A DNA stretch of 61,553 nt, the filler included, from Hausera hauseri (Eukaryota): NCBI GenBank assembly GCA_046269625.1. It is 9 parts of 9 records of this genome, joined end to end, with 100 filler letters (N's around TTAATTAATTAA, not from the genome) between each part and the next. Parts side by side here need not be neighbours in the genome. Positions count along the whole stretch, not along the records: positions 47,564 to 52,627 come from JBJURY010347379.1; positions 52,728 to 61,553 come from JBJURY010527678.1; 7 more parts are not named here. The stretch is one strand, 5' to 3'. A program made the translations under genes and the position numbers. The notes under the pieces are model-generated. The model did no database searches. It was not told the origin of the DNA and was given only the letters and a program-made list of their open reading frames with translations. Shown one piece after another: positions 47,984 to 61,553 of this stretch (positions within the stretch are counted from its first letter, which is position 1; every line of letters begins with the position of its first letter).

Positions 47984-50900
47984 TTATTCCAAACGCCAAT
48001 GTCCGGACACCCAACTCGTAATTCGCCCCACCTACTTTCGCTTATCATCATTGCATGATAAAGAGACTTTTGTATTGATCACCGTATACAGCTGGTGCTC
48101 AATTTATAGGATGATCGTTTGAGACACAACAGCCTTTGATTGTCCTCCTTCAGACACGGCGAAAATCACCATGGTTTATTTCCGTCTGGGCCAATTGAAC
48201 TCCTTTGGCGCCCATTTTCGATCCACCATCAGTTAAAAGACTATAACATTTTAACCGTAGAAACATCGATTCCCGATACTGAACCAGACTTTCACTTTCA
48301 TCCTTAAAGCAGCCGATTTTGTTTGTGATAGAATTGCTGTACAACGGATGATCTGGTGAATAGTTAGACGTATCCAGTAATCCATCTGACTGCATTTGCT
48401 GCAGTAGCTGTTTGCGATTGACGTTTTTCAGCCGCAGGAAAAAACTCTGTCACCGGCAATTATGTCAATATTGCAGCAGTCAAATATTTGCCAGTAATGT
48501 GCCAAGTCCCGATACTGCAGCTCATACATCCGCAATTTGCACAGGTCAAATACCACTTGTCCAATGTAACTTGGCCAGTCTAGAACGACTTCTTCCCTGT
48601 TTAACAGCACCGCAACCCATCAATCGGCAATGTACATTGACCGCCGAAACTGTGCCTTACTCGTGTACGTGGCCAACCGCTTTTCGCCATTGCATAGGCG
48701 TACATTGAGCCGCTTTTTGAGATTCTCTATTGTTTTTCTGTATAGGAAATTGTTTTTCAGCTTGTAGTAGTCCTTTTCGAACTTCGTACAAGCTGCGGCT
48801 CGTTTTTCCGAATTTACATATATGTACGCCTTGAATATGGGAGCCTGAGCAAATTGGATTCCACGATGTAGCCGTGTGACGCGTACACCGAGTTTCTTGT
48901 AAAATTGTAAAATACGTTAATGGACAACGTAATTCAGCTTCGGTTCATGCGTCATGAGCAGTTTCTTCACTTTTAAGCCTGGCGGACATTGGTTAAATGG
49001 TGCGACCGGTAAATCGTCCAAAACGTCATGCAGCTCATCTGGTACAACGAGATCGACCTCCATCAAGTATCCGACTGAGCCTGCCATGTCTGCTCGTGGC
49101 AGGTTGACCATTATGTCGTTCAGATCTTGTCTGTCGACTACATATTCAAATGAACCGTACGACAAGGGTTACGAAAACGTTCAGCAGTACAGTTTATTAA
49201 TATCAATATGCAGCAGTGATGTGATATCGGTAGCACTGACCTGATTCTTGTTTACAAACGCCATGCCGCCGCGAATACCAACATCAAACATTCGGTACAT
49301 TTCCGGGTCTTGCGGCAGCTCAATGTCTCGATCCAGTGACATTAGAGATGACGCCAAACTCATTCCGGGTATGAAATAAAAGTTGAGTGGCTCCAACCTA
49401 TCTTCCGCTAGGGCTTTGGTCCGAAATGCTTCGAATACGTAGACTAATAAGTACACGTCCAGTTTGAGACACTGGAGCATGTAATCCAACATGTTTCTAC
49501 AGCCCAGTTCTACCCAAGATTCTTGTGCTCTCCGATAATCATCTTCTGCGACACCTGTCCATCGCGGCGGTAATTCCTGTGTCCGGAGTCGCTCATATGA
49601 TGTTGTAAAGTCATATTGAAATATGCCTTTGCTGCGTGCAATATGTGCAGAGAACTGCGTCAGTGCTATCGGCACATCTGGCAAGGCATTCACCAGCTTT
49701 GCCAATGATTCATTGAGAAATTGCAATAAATCAAGGAAGTGTACCTGGAATCGGTTAACTCGTGCCGACAGCGATAGGTATTTCTCCATTGTCGTTGAGA
49801 TTATGGATAGTTCCCAGTTCGGAAAGCCGTTAATGGCTCATTTGAGAATGTGGTGACAGTCATAACCTCGGAAAATATGAAAGATCACCGCCAAGAATGG
49901 TCGCACTCGCCTTGCTAAATTGCATGCTGCTCCCAAGTATCGACTGATGAAATGGTCGTGATCAGGTACGAGCCGTTCCTCTGCATCAAACTGTATTATT
50001 TTGTGGCACAGATAGCATTCATCGGTGACAGCGTAAAGCAACGGTTGATATTTGTCTGCCAAAATCAATGGCTTAATGCATTTGTTGCGATACCACGGCG
50101 CGATTTCCGTTTCTACTATGGTTTCAAACTGCTGCACGAAATCACTTAAACAGTTCCAGCCATGGAAAACGTAATACTGAGATTGTTCGGCGGCTTTTAT
50201 TGGTACCAGCAAAATACCGACAGCAATTGGAACGTGATTTTGATCGTATACATTGTGCCGTGGTAGAATTTCTTCGATATCGGCATACACCACATGCCGG
50301 ACTGTCCGTTTTTGATCAGTCACTGAATCTTAACTACTTTTTGACTGGCATAACATACGTTGTAGTTCTTGACGAAGTTTGCCTGCACAGCGCTACATGC
50401 TGTTCCCATGTCTCATTTAACCGGAATCAATGCAGACACACGGGACAACATTTGCACCGTATACGCTTTTTGATGAACTGGTCATGTTCCATGTTCAACA
50501 ATCTGTCCAAATTGGTCACGGCCCTGTAATAAAATTTTTCTTCATTCTCGAACAGTAACAAATTTACTGGGTATCCAATTGGATTTCAACTACGGTAAAA
50601 TATGTCCACGTGAGGATTCTTGTAAATTTCCTCATCCACCAGTATGTCTACAATTGCGTTGAACCGGAACACGTTGATTGCCAGCGTCGGATTATGCCGT
50701 TCAAAAGCCAGAATGGTTTTGCGTTTCATCGGCATCCAACACTCGTCGTAGACCAATTCTGAGAAATTCTTACTTTACTGCTTTGGACAATTTGCACGAT
50801 ATCTGGATACTTGATCATATTTCAATATAGCCAGAATGCGGTAAATAAAGCAGTATTCGTCGTTAGTATTTTGTACATTCACTACCACCAGAGACAGCTT

Positions 50901-51425
50901 CAACGATGCAGGTTTCGGTATGAATAAACGTCCGGACAGGTAAATCATGTCACTCGTCTTGGTCAGAATAAAGCCGAGAGTGACAATCTTTACCATTCGC
51001 CAACAACTGCCCTTTTCGGTGTAGTTAGCAATATTTTTGTCAAGCTTTTCGCCTACATCGACAATAAAATCCTCAGAGTATGGTACGGCTCGATGTGACA
51101 GGTACCATTGTTTCCCGTCACCCTGCAGATTTTCAAATTATGCAAGTGCATAATATTGCACTCTGCAGTGGTGGAGGTGGTGTTGGAATTTGACCACCTC
51201 TGATACCAACCGGTTACGTGCATTATCGGGTACATCCTCCAATTGTGTTGATGTTTTCGTCGACATGTCTACCTTCACACCAACATACGACATGTTTAGG
51301 TCGTACTTGACAGTAATGGGCAGTGCACGTTCCTGTTTCTGCTGACTTCTGTTGTTTTAAAATTATTCGTCAAGGATTGCTGATGCTTTACGAATCCTGT
51401 TGCTACTGCATCTTGCTGCGTCCAT
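47984..51425 (-). pseudogene. Protein-primed family B DNA polymerase with endonuclease VII-like insert (Polinton/adintovirus), copy 1
   Basis: VNVQN...CF, VVYADIE, CYLC...DHDH...YLGAAC, GYDCHHI, GIRGG, LHIDINKLY, DTSNY...IGCFKDE; many frameshifts. Confidence 0.9.
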
Positions 51426-51988
51426 TAATATTTCTTTTTTGGACCTGAAACTAGTTCAAGTGGTCCTTGTGAATATTGTAGAATTGTTTCTAGCTGATTT
51501 CATCAAATATAGAACAACATGGACAACGTAGGCCCGTTTACCGTGCACGGTTGTGGCGCCATAGTACTGCTCCATTACACTGGCAACCATCAACGCCATA
51601 CACTCTACTACTACTACTACTGTATCGCAGGTATGTGGGACAGTGCACAACCATCATCTTCTTAGACCAAGTAAACGGTCCGAGATAATGCTTGTGCACC
51701 TCATAAAAATCGGGGTACGGACAGCGGGTTGGCACATCACACGTTGAACACATACGTGTCCGTGCCAATTTTGTAATATTTCGCCATCTCTTAATGGCAC
51801 TGATCCACCTCATGTATGAAACAGACGCAGTACATGGGATATTGTGAACATTTCTAAATTGAAACAAATTAAAATGTTAATTTTAAATTAAAAACATTTA
51901 ATACAATTATATAATAAATTGATATACACTAACTTAATTCTTTTACGCAGGTATAAACATATCAGCCATATTACATATTACAACTTAC

Positions 51989-52255
51989 ATGGAAGAGTAC
52001 AATGAGAGTAAAATTCAGAAATTGACGGATGAAATAATGACTGGACATGCGTTTGACGTTCAGTATCTATGTGAGCTGACAGAAACCAGGATGATGAGCA
52101 GACGAGAGTATATTGAATTAATAGTCCGATCTCTCGTCATAAAACGTATCGAGGATGAATGTAAACGAAAAGGGCAACGTATTAATTTCCTCATTGGAGT
52201 TGTATTTTTTGCTTCGCTTTGTATTGTAATGAAAAAGTTCGTTGACCGTATTTAA
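51989..52255 (+). CDS. Small hypothetical protein with hydrophobic C-terminus, probably a Polinton accessory gene
   Basis: 88-aa ORF divergent from pPolB; a second small ORF starts at 52377. Confidence 0.35.
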   Translation: MEEYNESKIQKLTDEIMTGHAFDVQYLCELTETRMMSRREYIELIVRSLVIKRIEDECKRKGQRINFLIGVVFFASLCIVMKKFVDRI

Positions 52256-53639
52256 TCACAAATATGTATTATTTTGCTATGTTTGTTTTTGTGAATCAAT
52301 ATAATTTATTTCACATGTCTTTGTTGTTACATTTCACTATAAATACATGCGTTTCTTTACGGTATAACATTAAGACATGTCCCATTTAACAGAACTCATT
52401 TGTTTATATTACTCGTTCGACGGTCTCCGGAGTTACCTTTACAATCTTGATCGACCTTTACATGATGCACGATACTGTTTTCCCGAAGAGATACTCCGGC
52501 GTGCTGAGGAGAATTGGAGGGCGTGAAAACCTTATCTACGACATATGAAGCAGGTTGTTGGTGACATGCATATGATATTCGGTCAGTTGTTTCGCACTTA
52601 TCGGAATTTAGCGGATTACTATGCGTTNNNNNNNNNNNNNNNNNNNNNNNNNNNNNNNNNNNNNNNNNNNNTTAATTAATTAANNNNNNNNNNNNNNNNN
52701 NNNNNNNNNNNNNNNNNNNNNNNNNNNCACGATTCTGCGCTTTTAATATTATACATAATATTTTGAAATGAAGTAGGTTTTATTGCGTGTAATTTCTTTT
52801 TCAAAATGGCCCAATAATTCTCAATTGGATTTAAATCCTGGAAACTACCGAGGCATGGCTCCAGGACGTTTAATATTAACAGACTTTAATGAATATTTGA
52901 CACGTTTATCTTTGATTGCCATGGGGATTGCCGTCAATTATTGTACTGTCAGGAGGGTAACAGTTTTATTGTTTCGCCTTTCCGCTCAGTACTCTGCCTT
53001 GCATAAAAGATGACTGCGAACTACTTGGTAAAATATTAGCAGCAAAATTAACAAGGAACATCAGTTTACTAATAGTCAGAATTTTACAGATTCTACAAAT
53101 ACAAAATTTTATGATAATTAATATTATGAAAATAATGTTTGCAATATGGTTACATCATTTCGTACTTCTTCAATTTGACTTCTTCAATTTTACCTACAAC
53201 ATCCAAATTGTCGTATTGCATCAATCTGACAGTGACCAGCAGCTATTTAATTATTTACTTACCGAATCTGCCACATCAATTTGACATCCTTTGTTTATCA
53301 AAAATTCAGCAATTTCTGTATGACCATTTTCACATGCCCAATGAATTGGCCGCCGTCCAATCTACATCAGTAAAAATTGTCATCATCAACAAATTGCTGT
53401 ACACAAAGCAAATTCACCAAATATGCACATTCATCTGCAAATATTTCACATTTTAAAACCCACAGTCAGACAAACATCCACAATTCACAAATAATCATCA
53501 GTGGATAAGCAGAATTGAATATTTGACAAAATCCAACAAACATTAGTAAATAAATGGACTGACACACAAACACACAGACAAATTACATTTGCAGTGAAAT
53601 TTGGTGAATTAACTTCATTAAACAACATAAATAATTTAC

Positions 53640-53733
53640 CTTATTTGCTTTATCAATCCATTCTTGTCTACAAAGACGACGTACTTCATCTGCATTGCCA
53701 TTTCTCACAGCATGCATGAAATTCCCAAATGTA
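53640..53733 (-). CDS. Possible short exon encoding an ankyrin-repeat-like segment
   Basis: ttatttag|...FMHAVRNGNADEVRRL...KANK|gtaaat. Confidence 0.35.
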
Positions 53734-53751
53734 CTAAATAAATAAAATTAT

Positions 53752-55907
53752 AAAACATAAACAAATGCTTGTAACCATCACAATAAAAATCAGATGTTAC
53801 CAAATGAATCAAATTGAAATAAATTTACCTCATGAAAATTCGTGATCTGTTTGTGTTTCAATACTTTTAGAAATTAGGAAGCTTTAACTAATTTGAATTA
53901 CTGCGTTTGCAAATTTAATTTATTTAAACAAATTTAATATCAAATGATGAAAGGCACTTAAATGACAGATTGATCAGTAAAATAACAAACTGCTGCTTAG
54001 TGAAATATTTAAAACTAGTATCAAGTCACCAATCATGTTTCAAATGATAAATACATCACTAAAATATCGGCACATTCTATTGATGAAAAATGTTTTTTGC
54101 AAATTGTTTAACAAAATATCGACGGAAATGACATTTATTATTCCAATACTTACTAAATATGTGTATCCCCATTATTCTACACATATAGTACCATAAAACA
54201 GTGAATCCGTGAAATTTTTATTGTCTCTAAATTCTTCAGATTCACATTCCAACACTGACGAGCCGACTTTCATTACTCATAAATTTGCTTGAATTAATTT
54301 AGCAACTCATTGATTCGAACTGTAAAACAAATAAATATCACCATCAAAATTTGATGAAAAATATTCCATTTATAAATCAATACATTTTGGTCCATCAAAA
54401 ATTTATTTTATCCTGCTGTAAAGTCATTTCTTATTTATATCGAATACAACACATACACAACTAGGTATCAGTGAAAATCGCACTACTCAAATGCAATTAT
54501 TCATAAAACCTATGACAGAAATATTTTATAACGTGATCTCGTAGAGAAAAAATCTCGACTTTTTTACACAAATCACTTCACAAGTCACATGACATTTCAA
54601 TCAAACTAACTATTTAATTGGATGCATTTCAACTCCCACAGAATATTTTTCCCGATTCTAAAATCAGAAAAGCATGAGAATTATGAAACATAAACAAATG
54701 TCTGTAACCATCACAATGAAAATCAGATGTTACCAAATGAATCAAATTAAAATAAATTTACCTCATGAAAATTCGTGATCTGTTTGTGTTTCAATACTTT
54801 TACAAATTAGGAAGCCTTAACTAATTTGAATTACTGCGTTTATAAATGTAATTCATTTAAACAAATTTAATAATATCAAATGATGAAAAACACTTAAATT
54901 ACAGATTAATCAGTAAAATAACAAACTGCTGCTTAGTGAAATATTTAAAACTAGTATCAAATCACCAATCATGTTTCAAATGATAAATACATCACTAAAA
55001 TATCAGCACATTCTATTGATGAAAAATGTTTTTTGCAAATTGTTTAACAAAATATCCAATGAAATGACATTTATCATTCCAATACTTACTAAATATGTGT
55101 ATTCCCATTATTCTATACATATTGTACCATAAAACAGTGAATCCGTGAAATTTTTATTGTCTCTAAATTCTTCAGATTTTCATACTCAAAATTTTCTAAT
55201 AGTAGATACGAAATCCTGATGCCATCGTTTATGTACATGGATATTTTCACAGTTGGAAGTTGGTAACTACAATGACAATTCTTCTGTTTCTGATTAATTA
55301 TATCTATCGATATTCGCATACTTTCCGTATATTCGAAAAATCAGAATTGGACTGAATTTATCTTAAACAGTGAAACAATTTGACCTTTGATAATTCAAAC
55401 AGGTATAAGCAACAAGTTAATCGTCAAATAACCCGTATAAAAATACTCAAATGAATCATATTCAATAACACATTCCAACACTGACCAGCTAATTTTCATT
55501 ACTCATAATTTTTCACGAATTAATTTAGCAACTCTGATTCGAAAACATTAAAACAAATAAATATCACCATCAAAATTTGATCCAAAATATGCAATTTATA
55601 AATCAATACATTTTGGTCCATCAAAAATTTATTTTATCCTGCTGTAAAGTCATTTCTCTATTTATATCGAATACAACACATACACAACTATTTATCAGTG
55701 AAAATTGCACTACTCAAATGCAATTTTTCATAAAACCTATGACAGAAATATTTTATAACGTGATCTGGTAGAGAAAAAATCTCGACTTTTTTACACAAAT
55801 CACTTCACAAGTCACATGACATTTCAATTGAACTAATTATTTAACTGGATGCATTTCAACTCCCACAGAATATTTCTTCAGATTCTAAAACCAAAAAAGC
55901 ATGAGAA
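53752..55907. repeat. Diverged tandem duplication (53752-54679 and 54686-55907, the second with ~290 extra bp)
   Basis: Long colinear matches; extra segment at ~55181-55467. Confidence 0.9.
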
Positions 55908-56189
55908 CAAACGAAAGACACTTGATTATTTTCCTCTGGTCTGTTTATCATTTGTTCGTGATAGTATCATTGACTAAGTACTTGTTTAACACGTGTAACG
56001 AAGTTTAAATATTCAACAAGAACAAGTGGCTGAGGATCTCAGCTGTACTTGCAGTAGGTTTTTGGTGATTTTTCCTGTCGTCATTTTCATGTTTTTTGTT
56101 CTAGTATTTGGAGAAAAGGTTTGGTTTGTTATATTTGCAGTTCTTATTTGGTTTTATATATACATCAATACAATTATCAGTGATGAATT

Positions 56190-58520
56190 CTTCATGTGAA
56201 TCGCATTCCGTTGCTAAACGAACGACCGGTAAAACAACGATCGCATCTAATTCCATATGTGTTATAAGAAGAAGTTATTTGTCAATTACAGCAAATGTTG
56301 GAAAATGATGTTATTAGAAAAAGGAATTCTTCATGGCTATCGCCAATTGTAGTAGCAGAAAAAAGGACGGTGGAGATAGAATTTGCATGGACTTTCAACA
56401 ATTAAACTCAGACAATAAGGAATTCATACCCGCTACCATTACAGGAAGATATATTTGATAAATTAAGAGGCTCTAAATATTTTACAACGATGGATATGCA
56501 GAGTGGGTACTGGCAAGTCCCACTAGCCGTGCAAAATAAATATAAAACGGCATTTTCCGACGGTAAAGGTCAATATGAGTTTAATATGTCTTTTCGACTA
56601 TGTAATACTCCATCTACGTTCCAAAAAGCATTAGAAGCGATGTTAATAGATAGTACGCACGCAATGGTTTACGTTGATGACACTGTGATATTTTCACGGG
56701 CATTCGACGAACACTTAGACGACATCAAAAAAATCCTTGATTTGTTTGAAGTATGGGGATTTAAACTGAAACTTAAGAAATGTGCATTTGCAATGTTGAA
56801 AGTTGTTTTTCTTGGTCACATTGTTTTAGCTGAAGGCAGAGAAATGAATCCAGAAAGAGTATCTGCTATTATGGCTTGGCCTATTAAAGAGTTTAACAAA
56901 ACTACGCACGTTCTTGGGTACATGTGGTTATTACAAAAACATGTTCCAAACTTTAATACAATAGCATCTCCATTGTTTGCATTAACGCATGAAAAAACTA
57001 AATTCTTATGGACAATAGAAACCCAAAAATCATTTGACTCTCTAAAAAAACTGTTGTCTTCAGCACCAATACTCAGATATCCGGATTTTTCCTTGCCGTT
57101 CATTGTATTTACTGACGCAAGTAACACCAAATTGGGAGCTGTTTTATCACAAGTGCCACCATATTCAAAATCGGAATACGCAATTGCCTACGCGAGCAGA
57201 ACCTTGTCGGAAACTGAACAAAAATACGCCGTAATAGAAAAGGCGATGTTAGCGATAGTCTTCGCAATGGATAAGTTCCGATATTACGTGTGGGGGCATG
57301 AAGTGAAAGTTTTACAGATCACGCGTCATTAGGTTTCTCAACAGTAAAAGACCCATATTCAAGTCTGAAACGATGGAAACTTAAACTGCAAGCGTACAAT
57401 TTAACTACTTTTTATCGGCCGAGAAGACCAATAGAAATGCAGAAACACTATCGCGCAAGCCAGCGACGGTTGAGGGGCTAGAACGTCTAGAGAGAAACGT
57501 CTAGTGAAAACATGACGCAAATGATGATTTCCCAGACAACTGTTATGCATATCCCGGGTGATGAAATTCAAATGTTGATTAACCAACAGGAACAAGATAT
57601 CGAATTACGCGTAATTCGAGAATTTGTACGGACGCGAGAGATTAATACCTCTAATAAGTAATTGGTCAAACATTTGATAAATTAAGGTGCGAAATACCTT
57701 ATTGCGTCCGAATTATTACGTTATTGGTACAATAATCAGCAACTAATAATACAACCAGAAACTCGGCGAGCTGATATTATGCAACAAGAACATGATGGAT
57801 TGTTAGCAGGACATCCGACCAGACAAAATAGAAAATACAAATGTGAACCCAAGTACACCCGATACCACCACCAGCGAGTCCTATGCAGTTTTCAGCGATA
57901 GACATAATCGGACCATTACCAAAAACGCAAAGTGGGAACCAATACACACTAGTATTTGTCGATTACCTGACCAGGTTTCCGGAGACGTTTCCAATGGCTG
58001 ATACATCCGCCTTCACCGTAGCCACTTTATTTGTCGAGGAAGTAGTGTTCAAATACGGTGCTCCCAGAAAAATATTAACTGACCAAGTAACAAAATTTGT
58101 AAACAAAATGTTTCAAGAAGTCTGTCGATTATTCTACATGGACAAACTGAAAACTGCAGCTTATCATCCTTGTTGTGACGGTATGGTTAAAAAACTAAAT
58201 GGCACGTTACTATCAATGCTAGGTACGGTAACAGATGATAGGCAAGATAACTGGGATTGTTCATCCCAGCTTGTATGTTCGCGTTACGAACAACGCCACA
58301 CACAGCTACCCAAAAACCTCTGTTTTTCCTTATGTATGGACGTGATCTACTACTGCCGAAAGATTTGGAGATAATCCTAGATGAAACCCTGGCAAAATAT
58401 GAACCAAGCTATGTAAACTATTTGGAAGAACGATTAACGAAAGCATGGACCTTAGCACAATCATTAAATATTGATTATCAGAAATCATATAAAGAAAATT
58501 ACGATAAAAAGGCACAGTAG
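56190..58520 (+). mobile_element. pol: Degenerate Ty3/Gypsy pol fragment (RT-RH-IN)
   Basis: DMQSGYWQV, YVDD, TDAS, IAYASR, IDIIGPLP...LTDQ...AYHP. Confidence 0.9.
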
Positions 58521-58626
58521 GAGGAATGGAGGAAACTGCGTTAAGCTTATTTTCCTATCTCGAGACCCCCCAGGATCGATAATCAATAATTTTATATGGT
58601 GAAATTTTGGAAATCAATAATATTGG

Positions 58627-58699
58627 TTGCCGCAGTCGTGGTTTCACTATTCCCACCCGAAAAATCAATTGCCGCAGTCGTGGTTTCACTATTCCCACC
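58627..58699. repeat. 31-bp direct repeat x2 downstream of pPolB
   Basis: TTGCCGCAGTCGTGGTTTCACTATTCCCACC at 58627-58657 and 58669-58699. Confidence 0.9.
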
Positions 58700-58814
58700 A
58701 CCAATTTGTTTAAATTTTGCATATAAATACCCTTGTGTCACTTGTAAAAAAATTGTCAAAACATAAGACAAAGAAGTATGTACAAATATTTATTAATATA
58801 ACATATACAAGCAA

Positions 58815-61553
58815 TCAAATATTTACAGAGTAATGTCCATAGGCGACACTTTTGTTTTTTGTTATCCAGTGTCGTTTGTCATCAAAAGGGTCCAAAGCTT
58901 TCTTTTTGGTACTGATCGTCATCAGTTGATGATTCTTGGTGCCAATGCGTTCTTGATCGACAATTGTTCCACATCCATTCTCATATGCTTCCAAGTAATT
59001 GTGAAAGTGTAAATCCGTTTGTTTCAAATTGATGCCCTTGCATTTCAACATTGGCTTGCTTTTGGTTTTAAGGGCATATGATTTCGGTCTTAGGAAAATG
59101 GCTTTTTCGTATTCAACACTATCCTTACTTTCATCCTTGAATTTACCAATTACCAAAGCGAAACGAGTAGAATAAAGAGGGTCTGTAGCGTCATAGTTAG
59201 AAGTGTCCAACTGCTGGTTTGCTATCATTGCCGGTAAGAGCTGAGTTCGCAAATCAACACCGCGACACTCAAGAAAGAAACTGTCAGTATCACCAGCAGC
59301 AATATTTAGTTCACAATTGAACTGATGTCCATATGACTCTAACTCTATGTAATTCAATTCATACATTCTCAACTTGGAAAGATCAAGTACATCCTGTACA
59401 ATATATGATGGTCTATCTAATGTTACAATGTCTTTATCAAGGAGAACAGCAACACGATCATCATCTATTATAATGCTCTCTTTAAATTGGGGCTTACTGG
59501 CATATGTCACAAGCTTCTTAGCATTATTACATAGTCTCAAGTTGGACCTTTTCAAGAGGTTTTCGACTGTTTTACCATACAAACTATTGTTCTTGAGCTT
59601 AAAGAAGTCTTTTTCCAAAAGATTTTTCGCTGCTGCCCTCTTTGCAGTGTTTAGATCAATGTAATCCTTAAACACATAGCCTTGGTCAAATTCAACAGCC
59701 CGATGAACCTTTTCAACTATAGCGCCTAACTCTATGTATAATTGTAAGATGCGATAATGAACAACATAGTTGGACTTCTTCTCATGTGTCAATAACAATT
59801 TCTTAACTTTTGAACTTGGTGGATATTGGTTAATTGTGGCTAGTGGCAACTGGTCTAACTTATCATGTTTGTCTGCTGGAATGCTCAAGTCAACTTCAAA
59901 GATTAAACCTCGTTTTTCCTTAACACAGCCAATGTAAGGCAATTGTTGGATCAGACTAGTCAAGACGTCCTCATCCTAAATCCAAGTGAGGTTCGCAAAT
60001 GGCAGAGGTTAAGATAAAGCCCAGCCATATAAGTTATTAACGTCTATATGCAAGAGACTGGTGCTTTCACCTTTAACAATCATATGATTATTTACAAAAG
60101 TCATGCCACTACGAATACCCGACTGAAAAAAGTGACACATCTCAGGATCCTGGATAGGCTCAATCTTACAAGGAGTGGTTTTCAGTGCTGTTGCCCAACT
60201 TAAACCTGGAATTGAGACAAAGTTAGCGGCTTCTAAACCATCTTGCAACTTAACCTCCTTTCTAAACCGTTCAAAGACATCACTTAACAAGTAGACGTCA
60301 AGCTTCATATACACCAACATATAATCTAACAGACAGTTGCAACTGTATTTTGACCAAACCAGTTGTGCTTCCTCATAATCACTATCGCTAACACCATCCC
60401 ATTTTGCTGGTAAGTCCTTAATTGACTGCAAGTCGGTGAAAGATTTGGCTGCAGTATATGGAAAAATCCCTTTTCCCTTAATTATGTCAGAAGGAAAAGC
60501 CGTTTCAGTCAATGGGTAGTTATCTAAGTTTGAAGCCAAAGTCTTAAGTGAAGCCGGCAAAAATTGCAATGAGTCTAGAAATCTAATTGAAACAGACTTT
60601 TTACCAGAGCATTGTATATTTTCCCCCATGGATAGAAATTTCTCTGTCGTTTGTGGAATTACACTCAAGTTCCACTATTGAATTTACTCAATGCATGTTT
60701 CAAGATATGATGGAGATCATAGCCACACAAATTATGGAAAATTACAGGTAAATTATATCTAATCTTACGATCCAAGTTACATTTGTTGCATGAAGGTCCT
60801 AAGAATTTACCTGAAATATGGCAGTGATCTCTAACAAATTGCGAACCGGTTTCATGCCAAAAGTAACATTCTGTAGCATTTTTGAAACAAGACCATTCAT
60901 CTGATGTTAATGGGATCATAGGCTTTTTGGCATTCCGGCAGAAAGGAAAACTAAGGTGTTTACTATGTTTTCTAAACAAGCTAGAAATTCGACAATACAA
61001 TTTTTACCAACAAATTGCTTATATTCAATAAGGATGAGGACAGTAAGAGAAGATCGGCTGCAGCAGGCAAATGAATATGTTTAAACTTGTTATCAGGGCA
61101 AAGAACAGATTTAAAGTCTGCATATACGACAAAAGGCAGACTTATGGATTTTGACCAGTCCTTAAACTCGCAAAACTTATTTTCAGGCATTTTGTATAAA
61201 GTCATGCACTTTGAAGAAGACATACACATTGGTAAATGTTTAGTGTAACCCGTGTCATACCTGAAGCCATGCAAACACTTCTCACACCAATTTTTACATT
61301 GAATTCTTATGTTTTTACTTCAAATGTTCAACAGCCGTTTTAGATTGGGTACAGCAACATAGTGAAAGTAACTCTCATTTTCCAAAATCAACAAGTTCAC
61401 TACAAAATCATTTGGATTTTTTGTACGATAAAATATCTATGAAAGGATTTTTCACTATGTCCTCATCAAAATCCACATCATCTTCATCATGGTACAAAAA
61501 GACATTAATTAAGAGCTGTGAATTCTGTTTCTCAAATTTTGGAATGTTACAGA
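58815..61553 (-). pseudogene. Protein-primed family B DNA polymerase with endonuclease VII-like insert, copy 2 (5'-truncated)
   Basis: VYADF, DHCHISGKFLGPSCNKCN, HIDVNNLYG, KLKNNSLYGK, GDTDS. Confidence 0.92.

Overview
This window is not a continuous locus. It is nine short eukaryotic contigs (1-10837, 10938-17574, 17675-22869, 22970-26950, 27051-32270, 32371-39840, 39941-47463, 47564-52627, 52728-61553) joined by artificial 100-bp N44-TTAATTAATTAA-N44 linkers. Most of the DNA is AT-rich, has ~40-nt introns and is dense in decayed mobile elements: Ty3/Gypsy LTR retrotransposons, Polinton/adintovirus-type endogenous viruses, Tc1/IS630 and hAT-like transposases. Two blocks are teleost fish DNA (nav1 and eci2 exons) joined directly to the AT-rich DNA, which suggests a fish-associated invertebrate parasite such as a myxozoan (inference). 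The most unusual signal is a clade of large 'complex' Gypsy-type elements. Contig 1 reads LTR-PBS-gag-[~1,100-aa helical insert]-[chuvirus-like class III fusion glycoprotein]-PR-RT-RH-IN, with env between gag and pol and apparently one ancestral polyprotein. Related 3' ends (contigs 2 and 5) carry accessory ORFs that run through the PPT into the 3' LTR. These encode a conserved, apparently catalytically dead REX4/ISG20-like exonuclease fold, joined to a RING finger in one element and to an FN3/transmembrane receptor-like region in the other. Their LTRs share a hairpin with a GAGAA loop that shows covariation. All family assignments come from motifs read by eye; no searches were run.
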